Shown one piece after another: positions 17,755 to 29,462 of a stretch of DNA of 57,390 bases. Source of the stretch: Bacteroidales bacterium (lineage in GTDB: Bacteria; Bacteroidota; Bacteroidia; Bacteroidales; UBA1715); NCBI GenBank assembly GCA_012519815.1, contig JAAYPM010000142.1, positions 1 through 57,390 on the forward strand, in the 5' to 3' direction. The translations under genes and the position numbers were made by a program. How positions within the stretch are numbered: position 1 is the first letter of the stretch; each line of letters starts with the position of its first letter. Under the pieces are notes generated by a model that saw only the letters and a list, made by a program, of their open reading frames with translations, was not told the origin of the DNA and did no database searches.

Positions 17755-18637
17755 TATGTTTATGCTTCTCCGGAAATATCATCATATGTAACTTTGCCTT
17801 AGTTTGCGGATGATTTGGTTTTTTTATAATTGAAAGTATTAAATTCTTACACATATTCCAATACTGATTATTGTGCAAATAAAATCGAGCTATACCAAAA
17901 TAACAATCGCTTAGCATTTCATTTCTTTTTGATTTGGGTATATGCTTGCGTGCATCTTCTTGCGTAAAGAACTTTTGTAAGCCATGCAGTCGAGGTGTAA
18001 AACAATTTTTTTTCCAATTTACCGAATTATCTTCATGCAGATGATAGCGGACAGTATATTCCCGAATATGATATACAGGGTAATGCATAGCTATAGTTGC
18101 CCACAATACCTGATCTTCTACTATTACAATATCTTCACGAAATTGTAAACCTTGCAAAATATGTGAATGTATGCAAACTCGTGCCGGTATGATTGGGTTA
18201 TCGAGCATATAATTTAATTCATGTTCTGCTCGTAATTTTGAAACTTTGGGTTTCCATATGTTGCCTGATTGAGCAAAAACAGCATTTGTGAAATACATAG
18301 CTTTTATTGGAGATTTTATTTTAAAAATTTCTCGTTCCAGAACCTCCAAATGTTCCGGCAGATATTCATCATCGCTATCTAAAAAGCATATATATTCTCC
18401 CTGTGCATGGCGAATACCATTGTTGCGAGCTGCCGAGCGTTCGGCATTGTGCTGATACACATATTTTATGCGAGTATCAGAATATGAAGCTATAAGGTCT
18501 TTGGTGCTGTCGGTGCTACCATCGTCTACAATTATACATTCCCAATTGCTGTATGTTTGTGCAAGCACGCTGGCAATGGTGCGGGGCAGTATATGTGCCC
18601 GATTATATGTGGGAATAATGATAGAAAACAAAGGCAT
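17735..18637 (-). CDS. Glycosyltransferase family 2
   Basis: FSIIIPTYNRA, VDDGSTD, ARNNG, FLDSDD. Confidence 0.93.
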   Translation of the reverse strand: MPLFSIIIPTYNRAHILPRTIASVLAQTYSNWECIIVDDGSTDSTKDLIASYSDTRIKYVYQHNAERSAARNNGIRHAQGEYICFLDSDDEYLPEHLEVLEREIFKIKSPIKAMYFTNAVFAQSGNIWKPKVSKLRAEHELNYMLDNPIIPARVCIHSHILQGLQFREDIVIVEDQVLWATIAMHYPVYHIREYTVRYHLHEDNSVNWKKNCFTPRLHGLQKFFTQEDARKHIPKSKRNEMLSDCYFGIARFYLHNNQYWNMCKNLILSIIKKPNHPQTKAKLHMMIFPEKHKHTKDYTD

Positions 18638-18642
18638 GAAAC

Positions 18643-18673
18643 AATGAGTAATTAGTAATTGTTACTTGTTAGT
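18643..18673. repeat. Short heptamer array (AATGAGT AATTAGT AATTGTT ACTTGTT)
   Basis: Four degenerate 7-bp units between the GT start codon and its predicted promoter. Confidence 0.65.
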
Positions 18674-18674
18674 A

Positions 18675-18682
18675 CAAACATA
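18675..18682 (-). promoter_or_regulatory. -7 promoter element TATGTTTG
   Basis: TAnnTTTG upstream of the GT2 start at 18637. Confidence 0.5.
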
Positions 18683-18722
18683 CTTTTTTTAATGGAGAGA
18701 ATCACTTGTTTTTGATAAAAAA

Positions 18723-18839
<117 letters not shown>

Positions 18840-19111
18840 TATAGCTGTTGTTCATGCAATTCTTTCAATAAAAGTGTAAAAATACTTGCATACCAAAAAA
18901 AATAATAGAAATTTGCACCCGTTTGGTACAAGCTCGTATAAATAATATAGAATGCAAATAATTGAAAAAATGAATTGTTTTAAATTAACCTTTCCTTGAA
19001 TAGTTTTTTGTTCGTCGAAATTTCGTGTGCCAAACGTTTCGTTTTTTCTCACAAACATTTTTCCTCATAATTTTACAATCATTTCTTTAGGGAAGTAACA
19101 CATACATATTT

Positions 19112-20917
19112 ATGCAAAACATACGTAATATCGCAATTATAGCCCATGTCGATCATGGAAAAACAACCTTAGTTGATAGAATTTTACATCAGGTTCAAAC
19201 ATTTCGCGAGAATCAAGAAACAGGAGAATTAATTCTTGATAATAATGATTTGGAGCGTGAACGAGGAATTACAATTTTGTCTAAAAATGTTTCGGTTCGA
19301 TATAAAGGTGTTAAAATCAATATTATTGACACTCCGGGGCACTCTGATTTTGGTGGCGAGGTTGAACGTGTGCTTAATATGGCTGATGGTGTGCTGTTGC
19401 TTGTTGATGCCTTTGAGGGACCTATGCCGCAAACTCGATTTGTGTTAGAAAAAGCAATTCAATTGCAATTAAAACCTATTGTTGTGGTAAATAAGGTTGA
19501 TAAACCCAACTGCGACCCCGAAGGTGCTACAAATGCTGTTTTTGATTTAATGTGTAGTCTTGATGCAAGCGATGATCAATTAGATTTTGTTACGGTGTAT
19601 GGCTCCTCAAAACAGGCTTGGATGGGTCCCGACTGGAAAACACCAACAAAGGATTTTTCACATTTACTTGATGTTATTATTGATACGATTCCACAGCCTG
19701 TGTTTAAAGATGGTACGCTCCAAATGCGTATTACGTCTTTAGATTATTCTTCGTATGTTGGACGAATAGCGGTTGGACGAATAAGTAGGGGGAGTTTAAT
19801 GGCGGGACAAACTATTTCTTTAGTAAAACGTGATGGTACAATTCTTACATCAAAGGTTAAGGAACTGTATCTTTTTGAGGGGCTTGGAAAGGAAAAGGTT
19901 AAGACTGCTGTGAAAGCCGGGGAAATTTGTGCAGTTATGGGAATTGATGGATTTGATATAGGGGATACTATTGCCGATTTTGAAAATCCTGAAGCACTGC
20001 CTTCGGTAAGTATTGACGAACCTACTATGTCTATGGTGTTTACAAATAACACTTCGCCTTTTTTTGGTAAAGAAGGTAAGTTTGTAACTTCGCGACATAT
20101 TCGTGAACGATTATATCAGGAACTTGAAAAAAATCTTGCCTTACGGATAGAAGAAACAGATTCTCCTGATACTCTTTTGGTGTATGGGCGGGGAATTATG
20201 CATCTTTCGGTGCTTATTGAAACTATGCGACGCGAAGGATATGAATTGCAGGTAGGGCAACCGCGTGTTATTATTAAAACTATTGATGATAAAAAACATG
20301 AACCTATAGAAGCTGCTACGGTGCATGTGCCCGAAGAGTTTTCGGGTAAAGTAATTGAACTTATGAGCCAGCGTAAGGGAGAATTGCAAAAAATGACAAC
20401 AAAACACGATAGGGTGCATTTAGAATTTTCAATACCTTCTCGTGGACTGATTGGACTTACAAATGCTATTTTAACTGCTACCGAAGGACAGGCGGTGTTG
20501 TCGCATAGGTTTGTGGGATTTGAACCGTGGAAAGGTGAAATTACATCTAAAAAAAATGGGGCACTTATTGCCTTAGAAACAGGACCTACATTTGCGTATG
20601 CTATTGATAAATTGCAAGATAGAGGACGGTTTTTTATTCATCCCGGCGAGCAAGTGTATGCAGGGCAGGTTATTGGTGAACATATTCGTGAAAATGATTT
20701 GGTTATTAATGTCGGAAAAAGTAAAAAACTCACCAATATGCGGGCGTCTGGTTCCGATGATAAAGCAAGTATTATTCCCGCTATTCGCATGTCGCTCGAA
20801 GAACATATGGAATATATTCGTGGAGATGAATATCTTGAAATTACCCCAAAATCATTACGTATTCGTAAAATTTTATTAAACGAACACGATAGAAAACGAG
20901 AACAACATAAAGGGTAA
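19112..20917 (+). CDS. typA: Translational GTPase TypA/BipA
   Basis: [42 protein letters not shown]. Confidence 0.98.
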   Translation: MQNIRNIAIIAHVDHGKTTLVDRILHQVQTFRENQETGELILDNNDLERERGITILSKNVSVRYKGVKINIIDTPGHSDFGGEVERVLNMADGVLLLVDAFEGPMPQTRFVLEKAIQLQLKPIVVVNKVDKPNCDPEGATNAVFDLMCSLDASDDQLDFVTVYGSSKQAWMGPDWKTPTKDFSHLLDVIIDTIPQPVFKDGTLQMRITSLDYSSYVGRIAVGRISRGSLMAGQTISLVKRDGTILTSKVKELYLFEGLGKEKVKTAVKAGEICAVMGIDGFDIGDTIADFENPEALPSVSIDEPTMSMVFTNNTSPFFGKEGKFVTSRHIRERLYQELEKNLALRIEETDSPDTLLVYGRGIMHLSVLIETMRREGYELQVGQPRVIIKTIDDKKHEPIEAATVHVPEEFSGKVIELMSQRKGELQKMTTKHDRVHLEFSIPSRGLIGLTNAILTATEGQAVLSHRFVGFEPWKGEITSKKNGALIALETGPTFAYAIDKLQDRGRFFIHPGEQVYAGQVIGEHIRENDLVINVGKSKKLTNMRASGSDDKASIIPAIRMSLEEHMEYIRGDEYLEITPKSLRIRKILLNEHDRKREQHKG

Positions 20918-21087
20918 TTGTAAATTGTTACGAATAATATGTCCCGTGTAAAGACGCAAAGGATACAGAAAACTCCATGCCTTCAAAACTTCGATAGGGG
21001 GGTAATAATTTTATTTTTTATATGGGCAAGCTGTTAAAACTGCATATCCATTTCATGATTTTTTACGATTCCTTAGTTGAGTGTGCG

Positions 21088-21188
21088 TTTTAACCGCATG
21101 GTCTTTGTTTCAAAATACAGTTTTTGAAAATAAAACACAATCACTCTGTGTACATTGCGTACATCCTTTGTGTACTTTGCGGTTAAAA
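21088..21188. repeat. Nonamer-type palindromic element
   Basis: TTTTAACCGCA 21088-21098 is inverse to TGCGGTTAAAA 21178-21188; units CTCTGTGTA CATTGCGTA / CTTTGTGTA CTTTGCGGT. Confidence 0.65.
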
Positions 21189-21220
21189 AATCAAACCATA
21201 AAAACACATATAGTTTTTTA

Positions 21221-23680
21221 TCAAACAACAGTAACAGTATGTAATTTTTTCCATTTTAATCGTAAACTGTTACTTACCACACTCACACTGCTGAGTGCCA
21301 TGGTAGCACCTGCAATCATTGGGTTAAGTAAAAATCCATTTATAGGATATAAAATACCCGCAGCTATGGGAATACTCATAAAATTATAAATAAATGCCCA
21401 AAACAAATTTTGCTTAATAGTGGCTACCGTTTGCTTTGAAAGCTGTATTGCCTGCGGTATTTTTGTAAGTTCAGATGAAATAATAGTCATTTTTGCCACA
21501 TCCATTGCAATGTCTGAACCCTTGCCCATAGCAATACTAACATCGGCGGTAGCTAATGCGGTGCTGTCGTTAATGCCGTCGCCAACCATTGCTACAATTT
21601 TACCTTCTTGTTGCAATTCTTTTACAAAATCGGCTTTGTGCTGTGGTAACATTTCGGCTTTGTAATGCGTAATTCCTGTTTGTTGTGCTATTGCATCTGC
21701 CGTTGCTTTATTATCACCTGTAAGCATATATACCTGAATAGCAGAATCTTGTATTTCTTTAATAGCCGCTTTTGAGCTTTCTTTTATAGTGTCAGATATG
21801 GCAAGTACTGCAAGAGCGTGTGTGCTGTTTGAAAACCAAATAACGGTTTTAGCCTTTGCTTCCCATTCGTGAGCTTTTTGTTGTAATTGCGGTGTAATGC
21901 TGATATTATTTTCTGTCAGTAATTTTGTATTTCCCACAAAATACGTTTCGTTATTATACTGTGCTTTTGCTCCTTTACCCGTGACGCTGTTAAAGTTTGA
22001 TATAGGAACAGTTGCATAATCTTTTAAATGATGCACTACCGCTTCGGCTAATGGGTGTTCCGACATTTGTTCTATACTCACAAGAATACTTTGTGCAGTG
22101 GTATCATGAGTATGCCATTGCATATCGGTAACGTGAGGTTTCCCTTCGGTAATTGTTCCTGTTTTATCTAAAATAACAACATCAATTTTTTGTGCTAATT
22201 CTAAACTTTCCGCATCTTTTATTAATACACCATGTTCCGCCCCCTTGCCAATGCCAACCATAATAGCTGTGGGTGTAGCCAATCCTAAGGCACAAGGACA
22301 GGCAATAATTAATACTGTAATGGCAGCTAATAATCCTTGTGTTATACTATTATCGCCACCTAAAAAAAACCATATTGAAAATGTGAGCAGGGCAATTATT
22401 ATAACCGTAGGCACAAAAATTCCTGCAACGGTATCTACTAATTTTTGTACAGGAGCTTTACTTCCTTGTGCATCTTGCACCGTTTTAATTATGTGAGCAA
22501 GCAAAGTTTCATTACCAACTTTCGTTGCTTTACATTGAAAACTCCCTTTTTGATTGATTGTGCCTGCAAATACAGTATCGTTTTCGTTTTTTAACACAGG
22601 GATTGGTTCGCCACTCAACATGCTTTCATCTACATAAGAATTGCCCGAAACAACAACACCATCTACCGCAATTTTTTCACCCGGTTTTACAAGAATAACA
22701 TCATTTATAAGCACATCTTCAATAGCAATTTGCTTTTCGCTTCCGTCTTTTTGTAAAACACGAACATTTGTAGGTTGCAAACCCATGAGCTTTTGTATTG
22801 CAGAAGATGTATTGCTTTTTGCTTTTTCTTCTAATAATTTACCAAACAAAATAAAGGTGATAATAACAGCAGCAGCTTCAAAATACACATGAGTTTCTAA
22901 TCCTTTTTGAAGCCAAAAATCAGCAAAAAACATATTAAACATACTAAATAGATATGCAATACCAGTGCTCAAAGCCACAAGAGTATCCATATTTGCCGAG
23001 CGATGTTGTGCTTGTTTCCATGCGTTTATAAAAAAATCTCTACCTAACCATAGTACAACAACTGTTGAAAGTGTCCACATAATTGGCATTGCCCATGGCT
23101 GATTCATGAAAAATAGTTGTATAGTGAGAATTGGTACAGATAGGGTGATAGCCCATATCGTTTTGATTTTTAACTGTTTAAAATTGTTTTCATGAATAGA
23201 TTCTAAGGTTTTTTTTTGTTGCGATTCTTGTTCTAACAATAAATCAAACCCAATTGATTGCACCGCTTTTTGTAATTGAGAAGCCTCAATCATATTTGGT
23301 AAATATTCAACCGTAACAGTGCTTGCAGCAAAGTTTATAGCCGCATGTACAACGCCTGTTTGGTGTTGTAAAATACGTTCAATATTGTTTGCACAGGCAG
23401 CACAGTTCATGCCGAGTACCGGAAATAATTTTTTTATCGTCAAAACCTTATATCCTAATTGTGTAATGCTGCGAATAGCTTTGCCTACCGCTTCGTTATT
23501 TTTTACTGTTATAACAACTCTGCGAGTATTGCGTTCAATTGTATAAGTTTCTATTTCAGCAAGTTGAGATAAATGTGTTTCGATACGCACAGCAGCTTGT
23601 TCATTTTCAACATTTTCTAATTGCAAGTAGATACGCTTTTTATTGTTTGTTTCCATTTCCCAATTATTTTTAATTGCCAT
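21221..23680 (-). CDS. copA: Copper-translocating P1B-type ATPase
   Basis: GMNCAAC HMA domain, CPC, DKTGT, HP, GDGIND, YN and MALSS motifs; start could be 23656. Confidence 0.93.
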   Translation of the reverse strand: MAIKNNWEMETNNKKRIYLQLENVENEQAAVRIETHLSQLAEIETYTIERNTRRVVITVKNNEAVGKAIRSITQLGYKVLTIKKLFPVLGMNCAACANNIERILQHQTGVVHAAINFAASTVTVEYLPNMIEASQLQKAVQSIGFDLLLEQESQQKKTLESIHENNFKQLKIKTIWAITLSVPILTIQLFFMNQPWAMPIMWTLSTVVVLWLGRDFFINAWKQAQHRSANMDTLVALSTGIAYLFSMFNMFFADFWLQKGLETHVYFEAAAVIITFILFGKLLEEKAKSNTSSAIQKLMGLQPTNVRVLQKDGSEKQIAIEDVLINDVILVKPGEKIAVDGVVVSGNSYVDESMLSGEPIPVLKNENDTVFAGTINQKGSFQCKATKVGNETLLAHIIKTVQDAQGSKAPVQKLVDTVAGIFVPTVIIIALLTFSIWFFLGGDNSITQGLLAAITVLIIACPCALGLATPTAIMVGIGKGAEHGVLIKDAESLELAQKIDVVILDKTGTITEGKPHVTDMQWHTHDTTAQSILVSIEQMSEHPLAEAVVHHLKDYATVPISNFNSVTGKGAKAQYNNETYFVGNTKLLTENNISITPQLQQKAHEWEAKAKTVIWFSNSTHALAVLAISDTIKESSKAAIKEIQDSAIQVYMLTGDNKATADAIAQQTGITHYKAEMLPQHKADFVKELQQEGKIVAMVGDGINDSTALATADVSIAMGKGSDIAMDVAKMTIISSELTKIPQAIQLSKQTVATIKQNLFWAFIYNFMSIPIAAGILYPINGFLLNPMIAGATMALSSVSVVSNSLRLKWKKLHTVTVV

Positions 23681-23808
23681 TGTAAAGATGACAATTATAT
23701 TGGAATGCTGTATATGTTTTTTTTATAGAAAAATATTGTTTATGATAATAATATGTATTTTTGTTTGAAAACAAGTAAGTACCAATTTTTTATATAATAC
23801 GTTTGTGT

Positions 23809-24996
23809 ATGACAGATATTTCTACTGAAAAACTCATTGAAACAGCAATTCTTGTTGGCATTATTACACAAGAACAAAACGAAGAAACATCGCAAGAATA
23901 TCTTGACGAACTTCTTTTTTTGGCAGATACTGCTGGGCTTCAGGTACAACGAACATTTACACAGCGATTAATAAATGCTCATCCTAAAACATTTATAGGT
24001 ACAGGTAAGGTCGAGGAAATTGCATCTTATATCCTTGAAAATGCTATTGATGTTGCGGTTTTTGATGATGAATTATCGCCATCGCAACTCCGAAATCTTG
24101 AAAAAGAGTTGAAATGTAAAGTTATTGATAGAACGAATCTTATTCTTGATATTTTTGCACAGCGAGCACAAACGTCTCATGCAAAAGTGCAGGTTGAACT
24201 TGCTCAATATCAATACATTTTGCCACGTCTTACGGGTATGTGGACGCATTTAGAGCGACAGCAAGGAGGGATTGGACTTCGCGGTCCCGGTGAAACAGAA
24301 ATTGAAACCGACCGCCGTGTTATTCGAAATAAAATATCGCTTTTGAAAAAACAATTAGAAAAAATTGATGTGCAAATGGCGGTGCAGCGGAAAAATCGGG
24401 GCAAAATGGTGCGTGTTGCACTTGTAGGCTATACAAACGTAGGAAAATCTACACTTATGAATCTTTTGAGTAAATCAGATGTGTTTGCCGAAAATAAACT
24501 TTTTGCTACACTCGATACAACGGTGCGAAAAGTAGTTGTAGAAAACGTGCCATTTTTACTGTCTGATACGGTTGGTTTTATCAGAAAACTCCCAACACAT
24601 CTTGTGGAATCGTTTAAATCAACACTTGATGAGGTTCGCGAAGCCGATTTATTGCTACATGTGGTTGATGTTTCGCATCCGCAATTTGACGATCAAATAC
24701 AAGTGGTTACGCAAACAATTGCAGATATTGGAGCAGCAGACAAGCCCGTAATGTTAGTGTTTAATAAAATAGATGCATTTACATATACGCCAAAAGATGA
24801 AGACGATTTAACGCAAAAAACACAAGAAAATGTGAGTTTACAAGAACTGCAATCTATGTATTTTGCAAGCAAAGAAAATTGCATATTTCTATCGGCAAAA
24901 ACAAAAGAAAATTTTGAAAATTTTAAAACAAAGGTCTATCAAATGGTAAAAGAAATGCATGCAATTCGATATCCGTTTAATACTTTTTTATATTAA
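23809..24996 (+). CDS. hflX: GTPase HflX
   Basis: GPGETEIETDRR, GYTNVGKS, FATLD, DTVGFI, NKID. Confidence 0.97.
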   Translation: MTDISTEKLIETAILVGIITQEQNEETSQEYLDELLFLADTAGLQVQRTFTQRLINAHPKTFIGTGKVEEIASYILENAIDVAVFDDELSPSQLRNLEKELKCKVIDRTNLILDIFAQRAQTSHAKVQVELAQYQYILPRLTGMWTHLERQQGGIGLRGPGETEIETDRRVIRNKISLLKKQLEKIDVQMAVQRKNRGKMVRVALVGYTNVGKSTLMNLLSKSDVFAENKLFATLDTTVRKVVVENVPFLLSDTVGFIRKLPTHLVESFKSTLDEVREADLLLHVVDVSHPQFDDQIQVVTQTIADIGAADKPVMLVFNKIDAFTYTPKDEDDLTQKTQENVSLQELQSMYFASKENCIFLSAKTKENFENFKTKVYQMVKEMHAIRYPFNTFLY

Positions 24997-25089
24997 TAAA
25001 ACCTACAATTGCATCTGTATAAAATATGGCATTTTTTGATATAATAAAAAAAAAGCACAAATAGGATTGTAAATGTATTGCGTAAATGC

Positions 25090-25097
25090 TATTTTTG
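25090..25097 (+). promoter_or_regulatory. -7 promoter element TATTTTTG
   Basis: TAnnTTTG upstream of the coiled-coil/zapA operon. Confidence 0.5.
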
Positions 25098-25118
25098 TAA
25101 ATTGAAATAAAAAAAGAA

Positions 25119-25412
25119 ATGAGTGAAACTATAGATATAAAGCTTGAAACATTACAAGAAAAAATAACTCTTGTAAAAGCAGGATTTTCTGTATTACTTG
25201 CTCAAAACAAACAACTTAAACAAAGTAATGAACAATTAACAATACAATTAAACGAACAAAATAATACAATTTCAACATTAGAAAAAAAATATAAGAATTT
25301 AGAGCTTGCAAAGGCGGTATCAGACTCTTCGGGCGAAAATAGCACCGCTCGAAAACATATTGAGGAAATTGTACGAGAAATAGATAAGTGTATAGCACTA
25401 TTACATACATGA
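25119..25412 (+). CDS. Coiled-coil protein (ZapB-like) upstream of zapA
   Basis: Heptad-rich, ends VREIDKCIALL; usual Bacteroidota position before zapA. Confidence 0.8.
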   Translation: MSETIDIKLETLQEKITLVKAGFSVLLAQNKQLKQSNEQLTIQLNEQNNTISTLEKKYKNLELAKAVSDSSGENSTARKHIEEIVREIDKCIALLHT

Positions 25413-25702
25413 ACGAAAAATTAGCCATAAAACTCAAGGTTCTTGAACGAACATATCCACTCAGAATTGAATGGAATGAAGAAGAAAAATTGCGTGAAGC
25501 AGCAAAACGCATCAACGATTTAGTTCTTCGGTTTAAAGAACACTATGCTGATAAAGATAATCAGGATTTATTAACTATGGCTTGTTTGCAGTTTGCAAGT
25601 AAGGTGCTCGATCTTGAAACAAAACAAGAACAAAATAATGTAGAAAAGCATATAGATGCTTTATGTGAAGACTTAGATGAATTTTTAAAACTAAATCAAT
25701 AA
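25409..25702 (+). CDS. zapA: Cell division protein ZapA
   Basis: RTYPLRI, EEEKLREAAK.IN, D.QDLL.M; synteny with 6S and rny. Confidence 0.9.
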   Translation: MNEKLAIKLKVLERTYPLRIEWNEEEKLREAAKRINDLVLRFKEHYADKDNQDLLTMACLQFASKVLDLETKQEQNNVEKHIDALCEDLDEFLKLNQ

Positions 25703-25719
25703 TAATACACTAAAGATTT

Positions 25720-25896
25720 GCTCGTATTGGTTTCTTAAATGCTGTGAAAACTCAACGTTTACACAATAACTGAGTCAGTTTTAGCTGCGTACAACAGGCC
25801 TCACCTTCGGGAATACAAACAGAGGAAGTTAGAAACAGTTTGCACTCAAACCCTGTTTAATAGGGGTTTTTTATAGATTTAAGAACCGATACGGGC
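25720..25896 (+). ncRNA. ssrS: 6S RNA (Bacteroidales-type)
   Basis: About 177 nt between zapA and rny; closing stem GCTCGTATTGGTTTCTTAAAT / ATTTAAGAACCGATACGGGC followed by a T-tract. Confidence 0.85.
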
Positions 25897-25924
25897 TTTT
25901 TTTATATTTAATTACATACAAATT

Positions 25925-27463
25925 ATGGAACCAATTACAATTATAATTGCAGTATCGGCACTCTTTGGAGGAGCCGCAGTAACTATCGGCATTCAAAAAA
26001 CACTTTTGAAAAACAGAATTGCTACTGTTATTTCCGAAGCTGAAAAAGAGGCAGAAGTGATTAAAAAAGATAAAATGCTTCAGGCAAAAGAAAAATTCTT
26101 TCAGCTAAAGTCTGATCACGAAAAGGTGATTAATGAACGTAATCAAAAAATTATGCAAGCCGAAAATCGAATTAAACAAAAAGAAGCAGATTTACAACGT
26201 AAACATGATGAAAGTCAACGAGAAAAAAATGCTTTGGAGAAACAAAAAGAGGTGCTGGCAAATCAAATAGCACTGAATGAAAAAAAAGCAGAGGATCTTG
26301 AAAAAACACATCGCTTACAAGTAGAACAACTTGAGGCTATTTCTGGATTGTCTGCGCATGACGCAAAAGAACAATTGATAGAATCATTGAAAGCTGAAGC
26401 GCGTACAGAAGCAATGTCGTTAGTGAATGAAATAATGGATGAAGCTAAAATGACTGCCAATAAAGAAGCGAAAAAAATTGTGGTCCAAACTATTCAACGT
26501 GCTGCTTCGGAACATGTAACCGAAAATTCTGTTTCGGTGTTTCATATTGAAAGTGATGAGGTTAAGGGAAGAATTATTGGTCGAGAAGGTAGAAATATTC
26601 GGGCTCTTGAGGCTGCAACAGGTATTGAAATAGTTGTGGACGATACGCCCGAAGCAATTATTCTTTCGGGATTTGACCCAATTCGACGAGAAGTTGCACG
26701 TCTTTCGTTGCACCAACTTGTAACCGACGGTAGAATACACCCCGCTCGTATTGAAGAGGTTGTTGAAAAAACTCGCAAACAGGTTGAAGAGGAAATTCTT
26801 GAAATTGGAAAACGAGCAGCTATTGACCTTGGTGTTCATGGTTTGCATCTTGATGTGATTCGACATATAGGAAAAATGAAATATCGTTCTTCGTATGGTC
26901 AAAATCTTTTGCAACATTCAAAAGAAACTGCGCGTTTATCGGGAATTATGGCTGCAGAACTTGGACTTAATGCAAAACTTGCAAAACGTGCAGGATTGCT
27001 CCATGATATTGGAAAAGTAATAGAAGATGAGGGTGAATTGCCACACGCATTGGCGGGTATGAAATTCGCCGAACGATATAAAGAACGCCCAGAAGTTTGT
27101 AATGCAATTGGTGCTCACCACGAGGAGGTTGAAATGGAAACATTGCTTGCGCCTATTGTGCAAATTTGTGATTCTATTTCGGGTGCTCGTCCGGGTGCTC
27201 GCCGCGAGGTGGTAGAATCATACATTAAACGATTAAAAGATTTAGAATCTATCGCACTTTCGTATCCGGGTGTTATTAAAACATACGCTATACAGGCAGG
27301 ACGAGAACTCCGTGTGATTGTGGGTGCCGAAAAAGTTACTGATACCGATACCGAAATGCTATCTATGAATATTGCGAAAAAAATTCAAGAAGAAATGACG
27401 TATCCAGGGCAAGTTAAAATAACGGTTATTCGTGAAACACGATCTGTTAATTATGCAAAATAA
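25925..27463 (+). CDS. rny: Ribonuclease Y
   Basis: N-terminal TM, coiled coil, KH domain ([13 protein letters not shown]), HD domain (LLHDIGK). Confidence 0.98.
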   Translation: MEPITIIIAVSALFGGAAVTIGIQKTLLKNRIATVISEAEKEAEVIKKDKMLQAKEKFFQLKSDHEKVINERNQKIMQAENRIKQKEADLQRKHDESQREKNALEKQKEVLANQIALNEKKAEDLEKTHRLQVEQLEAISGLSAHDAKEQLIESLKAEARTEAMSLVNEIMDEAKMTANKEAKKIVVQTIQRAASEHVTENSVSVFHIESDEVKGRIIGREGRNIRALEAATGIEIVVDDTPEAIILSGFDPIRREVARLSLHQLVTDGRIHPARIEEVVEKTRKQVEEEILEIGKRAAIDLGVHGLHLDVIRHIGKMKYRSSYGQNLLQHSKETARLSGIMAAELGLNAKLAKRAGLLHDIGKVIEDEGELPHALAGMKFAERYKERPEVCNAIGAHHEEVEMETLLAPIVQICDSISGARPGARREVVESYIKRLKDLESIALSYPGVIKTYAIQAGRELRVIVGAEKVTDTDTEMLSMNIAKKIQEEMTYPGQVKITVIRETRSVNYAK

Positions 27464-28440
27464 TGATTTCTGGTAAAAACATATTAGTTACTGGTGGTGC
27501 TGGGTTTATAGGCTCTAATCTTATTGAAGCATTGTTACAAGCTCAAAATAAGGTTGTGTGTCTTGATAATTTTTCTACAGGACATAGGCACACTATTGCT
27601 GAATTTTTGAAAAACCCGAATTTCACTCTTATTGAGGGTGATATTCGGGATTTTTCTGTATGTCAAAATGCAGTAAAATCAATTGATATTGTTCATCATC
27701 ATGCTGCATTAGGCTCGGTGCCTCGCTCAATTTCCGACCCACTAACTTCAACGCAGGTAAATATTCAAGGATTTGTAAACATGCTTACTGCCGCAAAAGA
27801 TGAGGGAGTTCAAAAATTTATATACGCAAGTAGTTCGTCAACATATGGTGATGCGAATTATTCACCAAAAATTGAAACAAAAAAAGGAAATCTGTTATCG
27901 CCCTATGCTGTAACAAAACGTGCAAATGATTTATTTGCTGATGTGTTTTCAAAAACATACGGCATACAAACAATTGGACTTTGCTATTTTAATGTGTTTG
28001 GTCCAAAACAAGACCCCAATGGGGTGTATGCGGCTGTTATTCCAAAATTTATTCAGCTGCTTATGAATCATAAAGTACCATCAATTTATGGTGACGGCTT
28101 GCAATCGCGTGATTTTACCTATGTTTCAAATGTGATTCATGCAAACTTATTGGCTGCTCAAACGCCTATTTCAAAGCTACATACAGAATATAATATAGCC
28201 TGTGGCGGTAGCATTACGCTTAATGATTTAACAGAGCTTATTATTTCTTGTCTTTCAAAATACGATGCACATATACGCACTATTGTTCCTGCGTATGAGC
28301 CTGCACGTAAGGGGGATATTGAACATTCACGTGCTTCTATAGAGAACGCTCATGCTGATTTAGGATATATGCCACTTGTATCAATTCCTGAAGGTATTGA
28401 AAAAGCGGTTGCATGGTTTTGGAATCAAAGAGCACGCTAA
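27463..28440 (+). CDS. NAD-dependent UDP-GlcNAc 4-epimerase (WbpP/TviC-like)
   Basis: TGGAGFIGS, AALGSVPRS, SPYAVTK, YAAVIPKF. Confidence 0.88.
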   Translation: MISGKNILVTGGAGFIGSNLIEALLQAQNKVVCLDNFSTGHRHTIAEFLKNPNFTLIEGDIRDFSVCQNAVKSIDIVHHHAALGSVPRSISDPLTSTQVNIQGFVNMLTAAKDEGVQKFIYASSSSTYGDANYSPKIETKKGNLLSPYAVTKRANDLFADVFSKTYGIQTIGLCYFNVFGPKQDPNGVYAAVIPKFIQLLMNHKVPSIYGDGLQSRDFTYVSNVIHANLLAAQTPISKLHTEYNIACGGSITLNDLTELIISCLSKYDAHIRTIVPAYEPARKGDIEHSRASIENAHADLGYMPLVSIPEGIEKAVAWFWNQRAR

Positions 28441-29462
28441 TATTTTATATGTTTTTGACTTAAAGCTATTAAGAGTTCAAAAATAGTAGAACACTGTTCC
28501 TTAGTATTATTATGTGTTATTTCCCATGCGGTGTCAAACACTGTAATGTGCGGTATATCTGTTTGCTTTGGTTCAACTTTAAAACCATGACGAGAAAGTG
28601 CACGTTTTGTCCAAAATAATCGTATTGGTTCTCCTTCTACCGAAACGGCTTTTGTGTATTCATACACAATTTTAAATAAGCCGTCTGCAATGTCAAAATT
28701 AAAAGACTGCTTTTTAAATGCCTGTTCAAAGCTTCCGTTTAGCACCAAATCTTCGGGCGTGCCGCATTGCATAGGTTTGTACGATTGCATTAACCAAATT
28801 CTATCGGCAAGTTGCAAAGCTAAATCAAGCTCATGAGTTGAAAGCAAAATCGATTTAAATGTATTTCGTGCTAAATTTTTTAGCAATTTCATTATTTCAA
28901 TTCTATTTGGCAAATCAAGATGAGCGGTGGGTTCGTCAAGCATGATAAACGGGGTATCTTGTGCAAGCGCTTTTGCAATCATTGTGCGTTGTTTTTCCCC
29001 ATCACTTAATGTACAAAAAAACCGATTTGCATAGGTTTCTAAATTAACCTGAATCAATGCATTTTCAACAGCTTGTGTGTCGTTTTTAGTTAATTTTCCA
29101 TACCAATTTGTATATGGAAATCTACCTAAAGCTACAAGTTCAAATACAGTAATTGTAGAAAGATCTATTTTTTCGGTAAGCACAACGCTCATTTGTTTTG
29201 CCACATCGTTCAAATTACCAGAATGCATTCGTTTATTTTGAATATAAATATCTCCCGCAAGAGGTTTTTGCATTCCTGCTAAGGTGCGAATAAGGGTAGA
29301 TTTTCCCGAGCCATTTGGACCTAATAAACATATCATTTCTCCTTTGTATATGTGAAGATTGAGATGATTTGCAATTGAAATATCCCCCCGTTTATTTTTG
29401 TAACCAATATGTAAATCGGGTGCATCTAAAATAGCGTGATATGTGGGAATATATGAACTCAT
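28437..29462 (-). CDS. Iron-chelate/cobalamin ABC transporter ATP-binding protein
   Basis: GPNGSGKST, LSDGEKQR, LDEPTAHLD. Confidence 0.92.
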   Translation of the reverse strand: MSSYIPTYHAILDAPDLHIGYKNKRGDISIANHLNLHIYKGEMICLLGPNGSGKSTLIRTLAGMQKPLAGDIYIQNKRMHSGNLNDVAKQMSVVLTEKIDLSTITVFELVALGRFPYTNWYGKLTKNDTQAVENALIQVNLETYANRFFCTLSDGEKQRTMIAKALAQDTPFIMLDEPTAHLDLPNRIEIMKLLKNLARNTFKSILLSTHELDLALQLADRIWLMQSYKPMQCGTPEDLVLNGSFEQAFKKQSFNFDIADGLFKIVYEYTKAVSVEGEPIRLFWTKRALSRHGFKVEPKQTDIPHITVFDTAWEITHNNTKEQCSTIFELLIALSQKHIKY

